Shown here: positions 35,745 through 49,794 of the stretch, in pieces | Layout: each line of letters opens with the position of its first letter | How positions within the stretch are numbered: the first letter of the stretch is position 1 | From: Tubulanus polymorphus | Taxonomy: Eukaryota > Animalia > Nemertea | Assembly: GCF_964204645.1 (NCBI RefSeq) | Contig: NC_134029.1 | Location: 1-64,000, forward strand | DNA length: 64,000 nucleotides | Reading direction: 5' to 3' | Program-made: the position numbers and the translations under genes | Notes under the pieces: generated by a model | The model's database searches: none | Told to the model about the DNA's origin: nothing | What the model saw: the letters and a program-made list of their open reading frames with translations, nothing else

Positions 35745-36558
35745 GATGATGGATCGAGTTGATGGATGCTGCTGCAGCCACTGTTACTGTTTAACGCACG
35801 TGTTCGTGACCTAGTTTACAATACATACACGGTGTTTATATTATACGCCAATTAGACTGGTTGCTGGTCTCTACCGGCGCAGAAATGGACAGGCGACCAG
35901 TCTATATGCCAATCGTACCCGTCCGTACTAAATATCGACACAAACAATCCTAATTTAACAACAGCTCGCGGACGACGTTAGATTTAAGAGCAGATTCTTC
36001 AGCACTAATGAATATTGCAATTGGAAATATTTCTACTGGTTTTATCAATGAAATATGCCTTAATTAAGGTTTTTAATTACTCGCATGCCACAGTTAGAGT
36101 GTCAGATCTCTACCATAGCGTGCTGCCTCTATATAAATCATTAGCGGTCAATGCGTGAACTAATTGATTATAAGGGGACCCGCCGTGGGAACCAGAGGCA
36201 GGGCAGTCACTGATATGCCTCAGATTTAGTTTTAAATTAGTGTCCCATTCCTTTCCTTGTCTGAAATCCATGGCCGATTTAGTAAAGGTTTTCTGCCGTG
36301 TGATAAACAAACGGAAGTGAAATATCCACTTCCTAAACAAGAACTTAACTCGACCTAGAACAATTAAACATAAATGCAACACTAGTGCAATATTTTATTA
36401 AAACATAAATGTACAAAACAGTAGAATTCAATAAGCAAGTGCTTGACACCCGGGCACAGCGCTCCGAGCCCTGAGCAGCTGTTCCCGGGGGCCGCATGGA
36501 GGGTTAATCTCAATACAACCGGACGGAACACAGTGCCCCCTAGTGAGCTGAGGTCGCG

Positions 36559-39500
36559 CTATGATTTTTCTAGTTCTTCAAATAACTTTTTCATACAAGT
36601 TTTCTGATCGTACATTTCAATAACGGCAGTAGAAATCAGTTCCAGAATCAAGTCCGGCCAAATATTCCTCAAAACCGACCGCTTTTTATCAACCTCTATT
36701 GCATCAAGGGAAATATCGCGTATATATAATTTAGCATAATCCATTCTACATAACATCTCCTGAAATATATACAATTAATACAAAATTCAAATATAGTGTC
36801 TGTTAGACTGGACTGCTGGATGATCAACCGGCTAATAGCTATACCTGGCGTTTATTTTTCGCTGTTTCCGTGCACTGATAATTCAATCCAGCTCGAGATA
36901 CTGATTCCGTTCCTGATTTCACTTCAGGCGATTTACGTCCTTTCATTTCTTCATATTTCATACGTCTGCAAACAACAACAATGCAATCAGTATATATGAA
37001 ATTTGAATAGGAGATGAGAGAGAGGATGGAGTGGGGGAGGAGAGGAAGGAGTAGGGGAAGTGAGGAGAGAGTGGGGGAGGAGAGGAGAGAGTGGGGGAGG
37101 AGAGGATGGAGAGAGGAGGGAGTGGGGGAGGAGAGGATGGAGAGAGAGGAGGGAGTAAGGAGGGGATAAGGGTTATATGAGGGTGCTTTGTTTTTACCTG
37201 TTTTCACCCACTAATAATTGCAGTCTATTTTGAGTTAGTTTAGATGTAGTTATCTGTCCAACTGGGCCGAATAACCGCTCAGCATTCAACACATCGCCAG
37301 CAGTTACCTGGAAATAATACCTGTAAACTTCAGCGCCACCTGGGTGATAAATCCTCAATCAATTACCGACGATTCTTACCTCTTCATCGTTGAGTTTGCG
37401 TAGAGAGAAATGGGCTAATCTGTATATGGTATAAATCTTCCATAGATTGAATTGAGCTACAGGATTTCCCTCTAATTCAATAGTTAAACAATCTAAACGA
37501 CGAACACAAGCTAAAGCATTTATCTGATGTAGATTCTGAATGTTTGTAGCGCTAAAAATCAATGTCTGAAATCAATATAAAACATTTACGATGTATTAAA
37601 AAATGTATCAAAAGTTTACAGTAAACTTCACCCAGAGACTCGGACAAAGTAACACCTGCAAAATTCGTGCAAGTTTAGCAAATTTTGAGTTAATTTTGAG
37701 TTGGAAAATATGTCAGGAAATCATTCGTTTTTGTCAGAGTCAGTCGGAAGTGTGAGGGTGAAGGTATCTGCAGTATCAAACAATGTACCTAATATATCTA
37801 ATTGGATTCGATACATTTTGATACTCACGTGAACTGAAGGGAATCTGGCTCTGATTTTATGTAGATGTTGAACTATTTCATCGAAATCGATGAATTTAAA
37901 AGCGACCGTATTAATAGCAGCTGCAGCTTGAATTCCCCAGTTTCGATCCAACGCGTCTAAAGATCCGATACCGTATAGATTTAATGTATCACCGTCTAAT
38001 TCAGCTAAATGAGACAAACTGCCGGCAGTCGTAGACGTCAAACTTAACTTACTGCAAAAATATCAATTCATCATCGTGAATTATACCTAATACATTAATA
38101 GAATTCATTTCAATGAAATGTCAATCAGTGAAAAATTGTGCAGGTGATTTTTACCTAAGAACAATTGGTTCTTTATCGGCACTGCTGGTAGAGTTACTAC
38201 CAGTACCAGGTCGAGAATCAATCAGAGTAGTATTGTTACTACTACCAGTTACAGGACGACTGTCAGCGCTACAAACACAACACAACATAACAGTGAGAGT
38301 GACACTAATTGTGAACAGACACTTAGGAGTAGAGACACTCCACTCAGGAGTAGAGACACTCCACTCAGGAGTAGAGACACTCCACTCAGGAGTAAAGACA
38401 CTCCACTCAGGAGTAGAGACACTCCACTCAGGAGTAGAGACACTCCACTCAGGAGTAGAGACTCTTCACTCAGGAGTAGAGACACTCCACTCAGGAGTAG
38501 AGACACTCCACTCAGGAGTAGAGACACTCCACTCAGGAGTAGAGACACTCCACTCAGGAGTAGAGACACTCCACTCAGGAGTAGAGACACTCCACTCAGG
38601 AGTAGAGACACTCCACTCAGGAGTAGAGACACTCCACTCAGGAGTAGAGACACTCCACTCAGGAGTAGAGACACTCATCAGTAGAGACACTCATCAGTAG
38701 AGACACTCATCAGTAGAGACACTCATCAGTAGAGACACTCAGGAGTAGAGATACTCCACTCAGGAGTAGAGACACTCCACTCAGGAGTAGAGACATTCAG
38801 CAGGAGTAGAGACACTCCACTCAGGAGTAGAGACACTCCACTCAGGAGTAGAGACACTCCATTCAGGAGTAGAGACACTACACTCCTGAGTAGAGACACT
38901 CATCAGTAGAGACACTCATCAGTAGAGACACTCATCAGTAGAGACACTCAGGAGTAGAGACACTCCACTCAGGAGTAGAGACACTCCACTCAGGAGAAGA
39001 GTTACTTACCTACTGCGGAATGATTTTAATTCTAAATCTGCTGTGACTGCTCCAGTAGCACTGCCTGGCCTCTGCTGCTGCTGCTGCTGCTGCTGTGTGT
39101 TAGGAACTGTAGCTACATGATTTGCGTATAAATCAGGCATTTTACGTTTAGTTTTCTGTAGAGTTGTCTGCGCGACCTCCCATTGTCTTTTAGCATTGTT
39201 TATAGCCAACTTTCGTTTCTCCTAGAAACAAACATTACAAACATAAACTATCAATAAAACCGGCGAAATATTATCATCAGATTCGTTCATTAAATTTGGA
39301 ACTGACTTTAAGAAGAGCAGCTTTATTGGTTTCTTTCTTCTTTTCTTCTTCTTTTCTCGCCATCACGGCTGCAACTCTTCGTTCCTCTTCCTGAAAATTA
39401 TTCAAACGATCACTCACTCCCTCTCTCACTCGCTATTTGAACTACAGGATTCATACTAGTACTTACAGTAACTCTTTTCATATCTAACTGCTTCAATCTC

Positions 39501-40911
39501 GGTAACTGTCTGAGAACTGTTTGTTTATAAAACTGTTCTTGACAAAATGGATTCCCGTCCAGAGAGATTTCAGTTAATGAATTCGACTCCGATAAACAAC
39601 TGATATCTTCAAAACTGAAATTACAAGAAAGTGGAAAATATTTGAGGTGCAAATGATAGAAAATTGCTTGAGAAAATTTCTTATTTCATTAGTAAAAAGT
39701 ACCTGGTAATTTCATTAAAACTGAGGAATAATCTTTGGAGATTTGGTAGATTTTCAACATCAGTCTAAAACATAAAATTTTACATAGAATTGAAATTGGT
39801 TAAAATTTGAATTTAGAGCTAAATAAACTCCCGAGTTCTTACTCAAATATTTTTAACTTATTAAGTCATATTTCAATGGAGAACTGTGGAACTGAGTCCA
39901 GAACTGTGGAACTGAGTCCAGAACTGTGAAACTGAGTCCTGAACTGTGGAACTGACTCTAGAACTGTGGATCTGACTCTAGAACTGTGGAACTGAGCCCA
40001 GAACTGTGGAACTGAGTCCAGAACTGTGGAACTGAGTTCAGAACTGTGGAACTGAGTCCTGAACTGTGGAACTGAGTCCTGAACTGTGGAACTGAGTCCA
40101 GAACTGTGGAACTGAGTTCAGAACTGTGGAACTGAGTCCTGAACTGTGGAACTGACTCTAGAACTGTGGAACTGAGCCCAGAACTGTGGAACTGAGTCCT
40201 GAACTGTGGAACTGAGTCCTGAACTGTGGAACTGAGTCCAGAACTGTGGAACTGAGCCCAGAACTGTGGAACTGAGTCCTGAACTCCAGAACTGAGTCCA
40301 GAACTGTGGAACTGACTCTAGAACCGTGGATCTGACTCTAGAACTGTGGAACTGACTCTAGAACTGTGGAACTTACAACAGTAGTGATTTTATTGCGTCT
40401 AAGATTCAGTTCTGCTAATGCATCCATTCCATTTAAATTATCACCGTGTGAAATTTCATTCCCGGCTAAATTCAAAACCCTTAACTCGAGTAAATGATTT
40501 AAATTCTCAATGTGTTTAATCTGAAATAAACAACAACAAATAAATCAGTTAATATTCAAATATAATTTGAATATAATTCAGCGGTTTGTAACTAACTCTG
40601 TTTCCGTGTAGATCCAACACATCCAGTTTAATCAATGCGTCTAAATTCTCTATTTTACGTATTTTATTTTTGCCGAGCATCAAAACTCGTAGCGACCTCA
40701 GATAATTTAAACCTCCAATTTCTTCTATTTGATTGTCGTATAAATCAAGGAATATGAGTTTTTTTAAGCTGTTTAAATGTTGTATTTTGATGATGAGATT
40801 GTGCTGATAGTTTAACAATCGTAGCTGATCTTCTCCTTCCAAAATCGGACAGACGGATAGACGTCTCCTAGAAACAATAATCACAACAATCAATACAGTT
40901 TGATTTGAATA

Positions 40912-40969
<58 letters not shown>

Positions 40970-43815
40970 AGAGTTTTACCGGTCTAAATTCAGTCTATCA
41001 GGATTAGCGTTTCTCTCATCAGGAGTTCTATAAACAATAGGTATCCCCGGTGCAGACGGACTTTCAGCAAATATCACTCGATCTCCTAAAAATCAATATA
41101 TATTCAGTAGTGAATTAATGGAGGCTCTGTATAACAATAGTTTAGGAATAACAGTTTGCTTCTTTAAACCGGGCACAATTGATTTCTATATGAAATAAAA
41201 GCCAAGCTAAATATATTACTTTGCATGAGCGCAAGATTGCTAAATTGTATTCATACATTTCTAAGATAAACAGTGCATTAAAATAGTGATAAATGTAGAT
41301 ACAATATAAAACAATGTAGGTGTATATAAGACTACAATGTATCCCGCTCAGGCTGTAATGTGTTAGCTGTGTAGTAAGCGCCACCTATATCTACAGAAAG
41401 CTGTCGTGATTACCAGGAATCTGAACAGGGGGCGCTTTACTCGATTTCAGCGGTATTAACATAGATGGCGCACTCTGACGTCGAATATAGGAAGCGTTAT
41501 CTTCTCCGAGAGTATCGACGATATAATCGGTAAGATCATGAGCTATCGCCGTGGAAACTGACTTTAGTTTATTGTTAGCTCGATGTCGATAGGGAACGTT
41601 CCCTAATTTATCAGAAACAGCTTCAAAATAAAATATCATTAAAATACATGAAAACAAGCGCTGGAAGGTCATGAGGGCTGAGGGGAGGACATGAGGGGTG
41701 AGGGGAGGACATGAGGGGAGGATACGAGGGTGAGGGGCGGACATGAGGGAGGATACAATGGTGAGGGGAGGATACAAGGGGTGAGGGGAGGATACAAGGG
41801 GTGAGGGGAGGACATGAGGGGTGAGGGGAGGATACGAGGGTGAGGGGCGGACATGAGTGAGGATACGAGGGTGAGGGGAGGATACAAGGGATGAGGGGAG
41901 GACATGAGGGGTGAGGGGAGGACACATGGGGAGGGGAGGACAGCAGAGATGAGGGGAGAACATGAGGGGTGAGGGGAGGACACGAGGGGAGGACACGAGG
42001 GGAGGGGAAGATATGAAGGTGTGAGTTGTGAAATTACCTGGTATATGATTCGGTACCTGCTGCTGCTGCTGCTGCTGGTGATGATCACTGCTGGTGCCAT
42101 ATTTACGTATTAATTGATTATTTCCAGCGACTTCACTTGAAATTAAACTTGATTCACGACTTCGAACGTCACTAGAATTCTTCAATTTATACATAAAACA
42201 AGTAATCAACTCAACTCTCTCTAACACTTACAATTCAGTGTATATGTAGTGTGTTTATTCTAGACAGAGCTTCCTTCAGATTATTGTTTCTATTATCAAA
42301 TATTTTCCCATGAATTTCAATTGAAGTCAATCAATCATTTGTTCCTCATTTCATAGACATCTTTAAAAAGACTTTATTGCAAACACTAATTCAAATTGAA
42401 TACTCGGACTGAACTAGGTCACTTCTAAACTTCACTACATGAATAATAAATCATTTTGTTAAAGCATCAATAATAACCATCAACCTCATAATATGATATT
42501 GATATAATATTAGCCTATTTTCTATTTTTAAATAGACTAAACAAATCCATAACCAAAGATAAATAGTGGGCTAGGGTTAATTCCAGTCTGTAAAGGGCTA
42601 GGGTTAATTCCAGTCTGTAGAGGGCTAGTGTTAATTCCAGTCTGTAGAGGGCTAGGGTTAATTCCAGTCTGTAGTGGGCTAGGGTTAATTCCAGTCTGTA
42701 GAGAGCTAGGGTTAATTCCAGTCTGTAGTGGGCTAGGGTTAATTCCAGTCTGTAGTGGGCTAGGGTTAATTCCAGTCTGTAGAGGGCTAGGGTTAATTCC
42801 AGTCTGTAGAGGGCTAGGGTTAATTCCAGTCTGTAGAGGGCTAGGGTTAATTCCAGTCTATAGTGGGCTAGCGTTAATTCCAGTCTGTAGAGCGCTAGGG
42901 TTAATTCCAGTCTGTAGAGGGCTAGGGTTAATTCCAGTCTGTAGTGGGCTAGCGTTAATTCCCTACACTAGAGTTTGATATGATTAAAACGTACCGTCAT
43001 TTTTATCATTACAAAATTCTGATAAATTAACAACAAAGGAACAATTCATTAAACCATGAACATAAAAAACCATCCACCCCTCCCACTCCCTCTTCCCCTT
43101 CCACTCCCTTCTCTCCCTCTTCCCCTTCCACTCCCTTCTCTCCCACTCCCTTCTCTCCCTCTTCCCCTCCCACTCCCTTCTCTCCCACTCCCTTCTCTCC
43201 CACTTCCCCTCCCACTCCCTTCTCTCCCACTCATACACACTTGTTACCTGTTTATAAGTTGATCTGTCTGAAACAGCTGATCCTGAAGCATGAAGACCAA
43301 GATGTGGACCAAATATCTGACTCTATAAATATATAACAATTTCATTTTCAATTTGTTATAAGATCAGAAAGGAGAGTAGGCTGTAGCTCGACCCCAGCAG
43401 CAGGTGTGGGGGTCAGTAGGCTGTAGCTCGACCCCAGCAGCAGGCGTGGGGGTCAGTAGGCTGTAGCTCGACCCCAGCAGCAGGCGTGGGCGGTCAGTAG
43501 GCTGTAGCTCGACCCTAGCAGCAGGCATGGGGGTCAGTAGGCTGTAGCTCGACCCCAGCAGCAGGCGTGGGGGTCAGTAGGCTGTAGCTCGACCCCTGGG
43601 GCTGGGGATGGAGGGGGTCTGGTCAGGTCTGGGGGGGGGAGACGAGGACGAGGTTATTCATTAAACTGACCTCTTTAGGGGTGACAGTTTGTCTGCTGAG
43701 GGGGAGGGGAGTCTGGTCTGGGGGAGACGAGGGTATTCATTAAACTGACCTCTTTAGGGGTGACAGTTTGTCTGCTGCTGCTGTTAATATTACGTGATTT
43801 ATTATAATGATACAT
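36559..43815 (-). CDS. LRRC49: Leucine-rich repeat protein 49 (centriolar satellite / tubulin polyglutamylase complex subunit)
   Basis: IPIVYRTPDERNANPDRLNLDRRRLSVCPILEGEDQLRLLNYQHNLI; SDS22-type LRRs; LRRcap LKQLDMKRVTEEERR; SHLAELDGDTLNLYG. Exon phases are consistent. The start ATG at 43815 is less certain. Confidence 0.93.
38325..38996. repeat. 21-bp minisatellite (LRRC49 intron)
   Basis: Unit GGAGTAGAGACACTCCACTCA. Confidence 0.97.
39881..40373. repeat. 20-bp minisatellite, core GAACTGTGGAACTG (LRRC49 intron)
   Basis: Unit GAACTGTGGAACTGAGTCCA. Confidence 0.97.
42565..42962. repeat. 27-bp minisatellite (LRRC49 intron)
   Basis: Unit GGGCTAGGGTTAATTCCAGTCTGTAGW. Confidence 0.95.
43376..43595. 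repeat. 40-bp minisatellite (LRRC49 intron 1)
   Basis: Unit AGTAGGCTGTAGCTCGACCCCAGCAGCAGGCGTGGGGGTC. Confidence 0.95.
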
Positions 43816-44192
43816 CTTCAAAATTCTTCCATGTCCGCCATTTGTAAACAAATCTATTTTCGGTAATAGAGAGATGTGGAGCGCGCGATATTTTTCCCTA
43901 GTGTGGAGCCAAGGCGGGCGCACGTGGGTTTGTTTACATCCGGTGATAAACAAATCAAAAATAAATTTATTGTTTATAAATACGTACGCGCTTGATATTG
44001 TAAGAATTATCACTGATTTACTATTTCTAGGATTAAGGAATTTCTTTTAGTTAAAAATCTTCTTGCAATATTTTTAATTGTAGCTTCCGCTAAACAATTG
44101 CACTTCAATTCAATTAATATTTATTTGACAACTCGTTGATAGTGTTTAAATCAAACTTTCTGGCTGTTTCTTCATCGAATAGATCAGTGAGA
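43816..44192. promoter_or_regulatory. Bidirectional promoter, LRRC49 versus SIRT6
   Basis: Divergent ATGs 377 bp apart; E-box CACGTG at 43921, forkhead-like TGTTTAC sites, YY1-like AAATGGCGG. Confidence 0.65.
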
Positions 44193-46498
44193 ATGTCAGT
44201 AAATTATTCATCGGGACTTTCTGAATACGCGCATAAAGGCAAATGTGGATTGGCGGAAGTATTTGATTCTGTTGAAGAAATCGAGAGGAAAGTCTGTGAA
44301 TTATCGGAATTAGTTCGGAATAGTGGATATTTAGTGGTTCATACCGGGGCCGGTATCAGTACAGCAGCTGGAATTCCCGATTTTAGAGGACCAAGAGGTA
44401 TTGTTAACTCTAATATCAGCGCTTCAGTTCGGGTTCGTTAGGCCTACCCCTGCTTGCTGGGGACTGCTGGAATTAGGTCCAAACAACGGCTCTGTCTAGT
44501 GTCTGGAGTAGGCTATATGATGGAATACTAATATTTCAGGTTGTTAATGTGTATTGTATAAGCTGATTTTGAGTATTCACAGTTTGATAAAACTGTAAAC
44601 AGTGGATTCAGTCTCTTGTTGGTGGTGGGTGCTACTGGCAATAGCTTCATCTGCTACCCCTCCTGAGCAGATTGGTCAAGCCAATCACATGACCAGCCAC
44701 TTCCATCTAGGGCTGGCCTGGGAGGAGCTAACCCTAACCCTAGGGTTGATTGGTCAAGTCAGCAGCCTAAGGCAATCATGGTCGGGAACTAACCCTAACC
44801 CTAGGGTTATGCTGACTGGTCAAGACAGGTCACATGCCCAGCCACTTCCATCTAGGGCTGGCCTGGGAGGAGCTAACCCTAACCCTAGGTTTGATTGGTC
44901 AAGTCAGCAGCCCAATGCAACTATGGTCAGGAACTAACCCTAACCCTAGGGTTATGCTTATTGGTCAAGGCAGGTCACATGACCAGTAGTTCCTTATAAG
45001 GCTAAGGCCAGTAACAGGTGACCACAGACACTAATGGAGTCTTATTAATGTGGTGACAAACTGTTTTTATCTATCAGGAGTTTGGACACTCGAAGAAAAA
45101 GGTGAAGCTCCAAGTTTTAATGTTACATTTGATGAAGCTCGACCAACATTGACTCATATGGCTTTAGTTGCATTAGAACAAGCAGGTAAGTGTGTGTGTC
45201 GTTTGAATTGTTATTCACTGGACTCTGTGCTGTTTTATAAACTACTGATTGTATTTTCAGGTTATGTAAAATACATCGTAAGTCAGAATGTAGATGGATT
45301 ACATTTACGTTCAGGATTCCCTAGAAATAAACTTTCAGAATTACATGGAAACATGTTTGTGGAAGAATGTGATAAATGTTCGACTCAGGTAAATCACAGT
45401 GAGTTCTAATCTCAATCATCAGTTAGTTGTTAAATAGTTTAATCCATTTCAGTATATCAATTGGAAATCCGTTTCTACAATGGGTTTAAAGAATACAGGA
45501 AACCCGTGTGTAATGAAAAAACCGAGAGGAATTTGTCGGTAAGTCCTAAACCTCACTCTCTGCGTCTGCTACAGAATTATTTCAATCTAACTTTTGTGTG
45601 GAATTTATTTTCAGCGGAAATTTAACAGATACGATTCTAGATTGGGAAGATAATTTACCAGAATCTGATTTGTTAAACGCTGAATTAAATGCAAAGTAAG
45701 TCAAAACCGATCGCTGTACATTGTTCCAAATCCTCAATTCAATATTAAAAAAACACTGCATCTTCTTTTAAGATAATCTCTGTTTATGTTGCGTATTTCA
45801 GGCAGGCAGATATCAACCTGTGTTTAGGGACCTCGTTACAAATAGTTCCCAGCGGAAATATTCCATTATTGAACCGGAAAATTAACGGAAAACTTGTCAT
45901 CGTTAATTTACAACCGACGAAACATGATAAAAAATGTCATCTTAAAATCAATGCGTATATTGATGACGTTATGTTAAAACTGTGTGAGAATTTAAACATT
46001 AAAATACCAGAGTTTAAAACTGTGCAATATAAACTGAAATCAGAACATAAACCAGTGACAAAAACTAGCGGGAATATCAGACAGAAGTGTATTATACGTG
46101 ATGGAATTAAAACAGACAGCGAACCAGCAGAGAATGACAGCAAACTAGTGGAGATAGACAGCAAACCATCAGAAACAGACAGCAAGCCGGCAGAGATAGG
46201 CAGCAAACCATCAGAAACTGACAGCAAACCAGCAGAGATAGGCAGCAAACCAGTTGAGATAGACAGCAAACCAGCAGAAACAGACAGCAAGCCAGCAGAG
46301 ATAGGCAGAAAATCAACCATAACTCCTCATCACAAGCATTTAATAATAAATGGTTTAGAATCAGATTCAAAAGATTTTAAGATAAATTCTGCTGATTTCA
46401 CAGAAACTGAGAATCATATTCAAATAAAACGCAGAATCTCAACAGAAATAAAAACTGAATGCGTAGAAAATAACAGTAAAATTAAAAAGAATGAATAA
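44193..46498 (+). CDS. SIRT6: NAD-dependent protein deacylase sirtuin-6
   Basis: [19 protein letters not shown]; [18 protein letters not shown]; SQNVDGLH; ELHGNMF; two Zn-binding Cys pairs; DTILDWED; [11 protein letters not shown]; six exons in phase; C-terminal 21-bp coding repeat ([14 protein letters not shown]). Confidence 0.97.
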
Positions 46499-46585
46499 AT
46501 ATTTTTAATTCAAGTAGTTTTGTTGCTTTATTTATTGGGATCAGGAAGCAATAAGAGAAATGACCGATATGTGGCGCTGATTGTT

Positions 46586-48678
46586 TCATTGTTGTTGAAT
46601 TCTCGATGTTAAATGTTGTATTCGATCCTGTAGATGTTTATTCAATGATTCGGTTTCCTTCGATTGTCGTTTTAATCTTTTCAATTGAGCAGAATTCCGC
46701 TTCTAAAATATAAACACTGATAATATCACAACCTATGAATCAGGAGCAGGAGCAGGAGGAGGAGGAGGAGGAGGAGGAGGGGTCGACTGAGTGAAAGACA
46801 GAAATCTAATTACCTTCGCCACATCAAACTGTTGCCTCATTTGTTTATTTTTCATCGTTTCCAACTCGATCTAAAATTCGAAAAATTACAATTTTACTTC
46901 TGATGAGACGTGAAGTACACTATACTCGATGCATTTAGTACTTCTGGTGAGACGTGAAGTACACTATACGCGATGCATTTAGTACTTCTGATGAGATGTG
47001 AAGTACACTATACTCGATGCATTTAGTACTTCTGTGAGACGTGAAGTACACTATACTCGATGCATTTAGTACTTCTGTGAGACGTGAAGTACACTATACT
47101 CGATGCATTTAGTACTTCTGTGAGACGTGAAGTACACTATACTCGATGCATTTAGTACTTCTGTGAGACGTGAAGTACACTATACTCGATGCATTTAGTA
47201 CTTCTGATGAGACGTGAAGTACACTATACTCGATGCATTTAGTACTTCTGATGAGACGTGAAGTACACTATACTCGATGTATTTAGTACTTCTGATGAGA
47301 CATGAAGTACACTATACTCGATGCATTTAGTACTTCTGTGAGACGTGAAGTACACTATACTCGATGCATTTAGTACTTCTGTGAGATAACAAGTCCACTC
47401 GTAGTTAGTAATCTTTACCTGATCTGCCAGTTTTTTAATCTCAGTTTTTTCAGACTCGATTTGTTTATTCAATTCATGAATCTCTTCCGCTATTTTGTCT
47501 TCATTTTCTAACAATATTTCAGGCTGATCTGAAAACATAAAACTACTTTCAATTTACACCTGAATAAATATTGAAAAACTGCAGCAGTTGTGAATAGAAT
47601 TTCAAACCTATTTTTAACTGTTCACATTGTTGAAGTTCGTTTTCTAACTGTTCACATTGTTCAGTTATCGGATCGTGTTTTTCTGATTGTTGAAGTTTTA
47701 CGGTAAATTTTGAAATCATTTTCGAATATTTCTCATTCTCCCTAGAAAGAGAAAAATAGAAATCAATTTTTATAAAAACATTGATGTAGTGTTTTACAGT
47801 GAAGATCAGGATCTGGTGACTGAATACGTGTTTATTTGTTTATGCAATAGTTTTTGTGTAGCGACATGTCCCTTCCAGGCCTGTGCATCTGATAAATATT
47901 CATTTAAATCTACAAAACAAAAATCATTATAGCATCATTTAATGTTGACGTAATAAATCTCTTGAATATTTCAGTGGTTTCACACTTTATTTACTTGAAT
48001 GCAATAAATGAGAATTTCTTGTTTTTTTGTTGATATCATCTTGAATCAGCCACAGTTGTCTGGTAATTCTACAGTCTTCATGTTGAGCATCTTCCAATAA
48101 TTCACATTCTACACACACAAAATTTCAATCAATACATTGCAATAATTTAAGTTTCAATAAATTGTTATTTGTTATACTGTAATATATTGTATAAATAACA
48201 ACCAACGATTTGAAAATCTGTTTATTCCTCGTAAATTCTCAAGTCTGAATAACAAACCTTTTTCATATTCTTGCTGAAATTTAACAAAGAAACAAAATTC
48301 AAGATTGGTTTTGAATTTCAGATGAAAATCCGATTTCTTGAACGCAAGATTTTCCAAATCACCTTTTTATGTTGTACAATAAGTTGATGTTTATGTAATT
48401 CGGAAAGTTGTAATGTTTGCATGACAGACATTTCACTGGCGACCACTGGTAAACTTTGTAAAGCTTCATCTGCTAAATTACTTTCTAGACATTGATTCAT
48501 TGCAGCTAAACCTGAAATTAATGAGGAACAGTCACAGCACCCACACAGCACCCACACCCACAGCATCCACGACCACAGGTTGCGGTGTCTCAGTGTCTGG
48601 AGGAAATCCTTGATTGGATGGCTTACCTGGATCGGCAGCAAGGGCAGCCTCTGGTACAGGCACCTGTGCTTCTGACAT
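46586..48678 (-). CDS. Coiled-coil protein, CCDC122-like
   Basis: Phase-consistent exon chain from ATG 48678 to TGA 46588-46586; C-terminal FDVAKKRNSAQLKRLKRQ resembles the CCDC122 KRxxAxLKRL motif (recall). Confidence 0.62.
46896..47385. repeat. About 41-42-bp minisatellite (intron)
   Basis: Unit ACTTCTG(A)TGAGACGTGAAGTACACTATACTCGATGCATTTAGT. Confidence 0.95.
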
Positions 48679-49379
48679 TTTAAGAACAGAATCAGAATTT
48701 CTGTTTCAGTTAACTGAACTCTTTTTGGTCCTTGGCTTGGGAATCGGAGGCTGAAGAAATTGAGAAAAAAAGATATACAGGCCTCAACAATAACATTTAA
48801 CATGGCTGCGGAGTTTTTGGATTGTAATACTGACCGCATTCGCTTGCTGGTCAAATGCTTGGCCCTTATCTATTGTGGAAATACTCGACATTAGAATAAT
48901 TCAATTTAAAATACCCTTTTCTATTTGATTTCCAGCCTGTGCTTGGTTTCGTTAGTAGAAGCACGCTTCGAATTTTGAATGTAGCGCGTGTTGCGCCGGT
49001 GTGGGCTGAGAGAGACCAGACTCGCGCAGGCGCCTGTAATCCGACTGATTGTCGGCTGAATCGACCAACTTCATTTATACATCAAACATGTACAGATGAT
49101 TATTTTTTCATAATTTTCCCGATTTATCAAATATAATCGTTATTTTGAAATGGGTTATTTGATAATTAATTAAATATAATCGGTTGCGACGTTTCGTCAA
49201 TTTGTTTCAATATAAGTTAGTTCCAAGTCACGAGAGCTCGGTTGTAATATGTATTGCAATAAACATGTATCAATAAACGGGCGGGCCGCCACCGAGTGGT
49301 AATATAAATATATCCCCGACTACTTTAATAGCAGAGATCCTTTTTCAACTGAGCATGCCAATTTAACATTTGGCCACCG

Positions 49380-49794
49380 AAACCTTAGTGTTGGCCTGGT
49401 AAATAAACGCAGAAACTCTAGTGTTGGCCTGGTAAATAAACGCAGAAATTCTTGTGTTGGCCTGGTAAATAAACGCAGAAACCATAGTGTTGGCCTGGGT
49501 AAATAAACGCAGAAACCCCAGTGTTGGCCTGGTAAATAAACGCAGAAACCCTAGTGTTGGCCTGGGTAAATAAACGCAGAAACCCCAGTGTTGGCCTGGT
49601 AAATAAACGCAGAAACCATAGTGTTGGCCTGGTAAATAAACGCAGAAACCCAAGTGTTGGCCTGGTAAATAAACGCAGAAACTCTAGTGTTGGCCTGGTA
49701 AATAAACGCAGAAACCCCAGTGTTGGCCTGGTAAATAAACGCAGAAACCATAGTGTTGGCCTGGTAAATAAACGTAGTTATCCTAGTGTTGGCC
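49380..49794. repeat. 33-bp intergenic minisatellite
   Basis: Unit AGTGTTGGCCTGGTAAATAAACGCAGAAACCNN. Confidence 0.95.
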
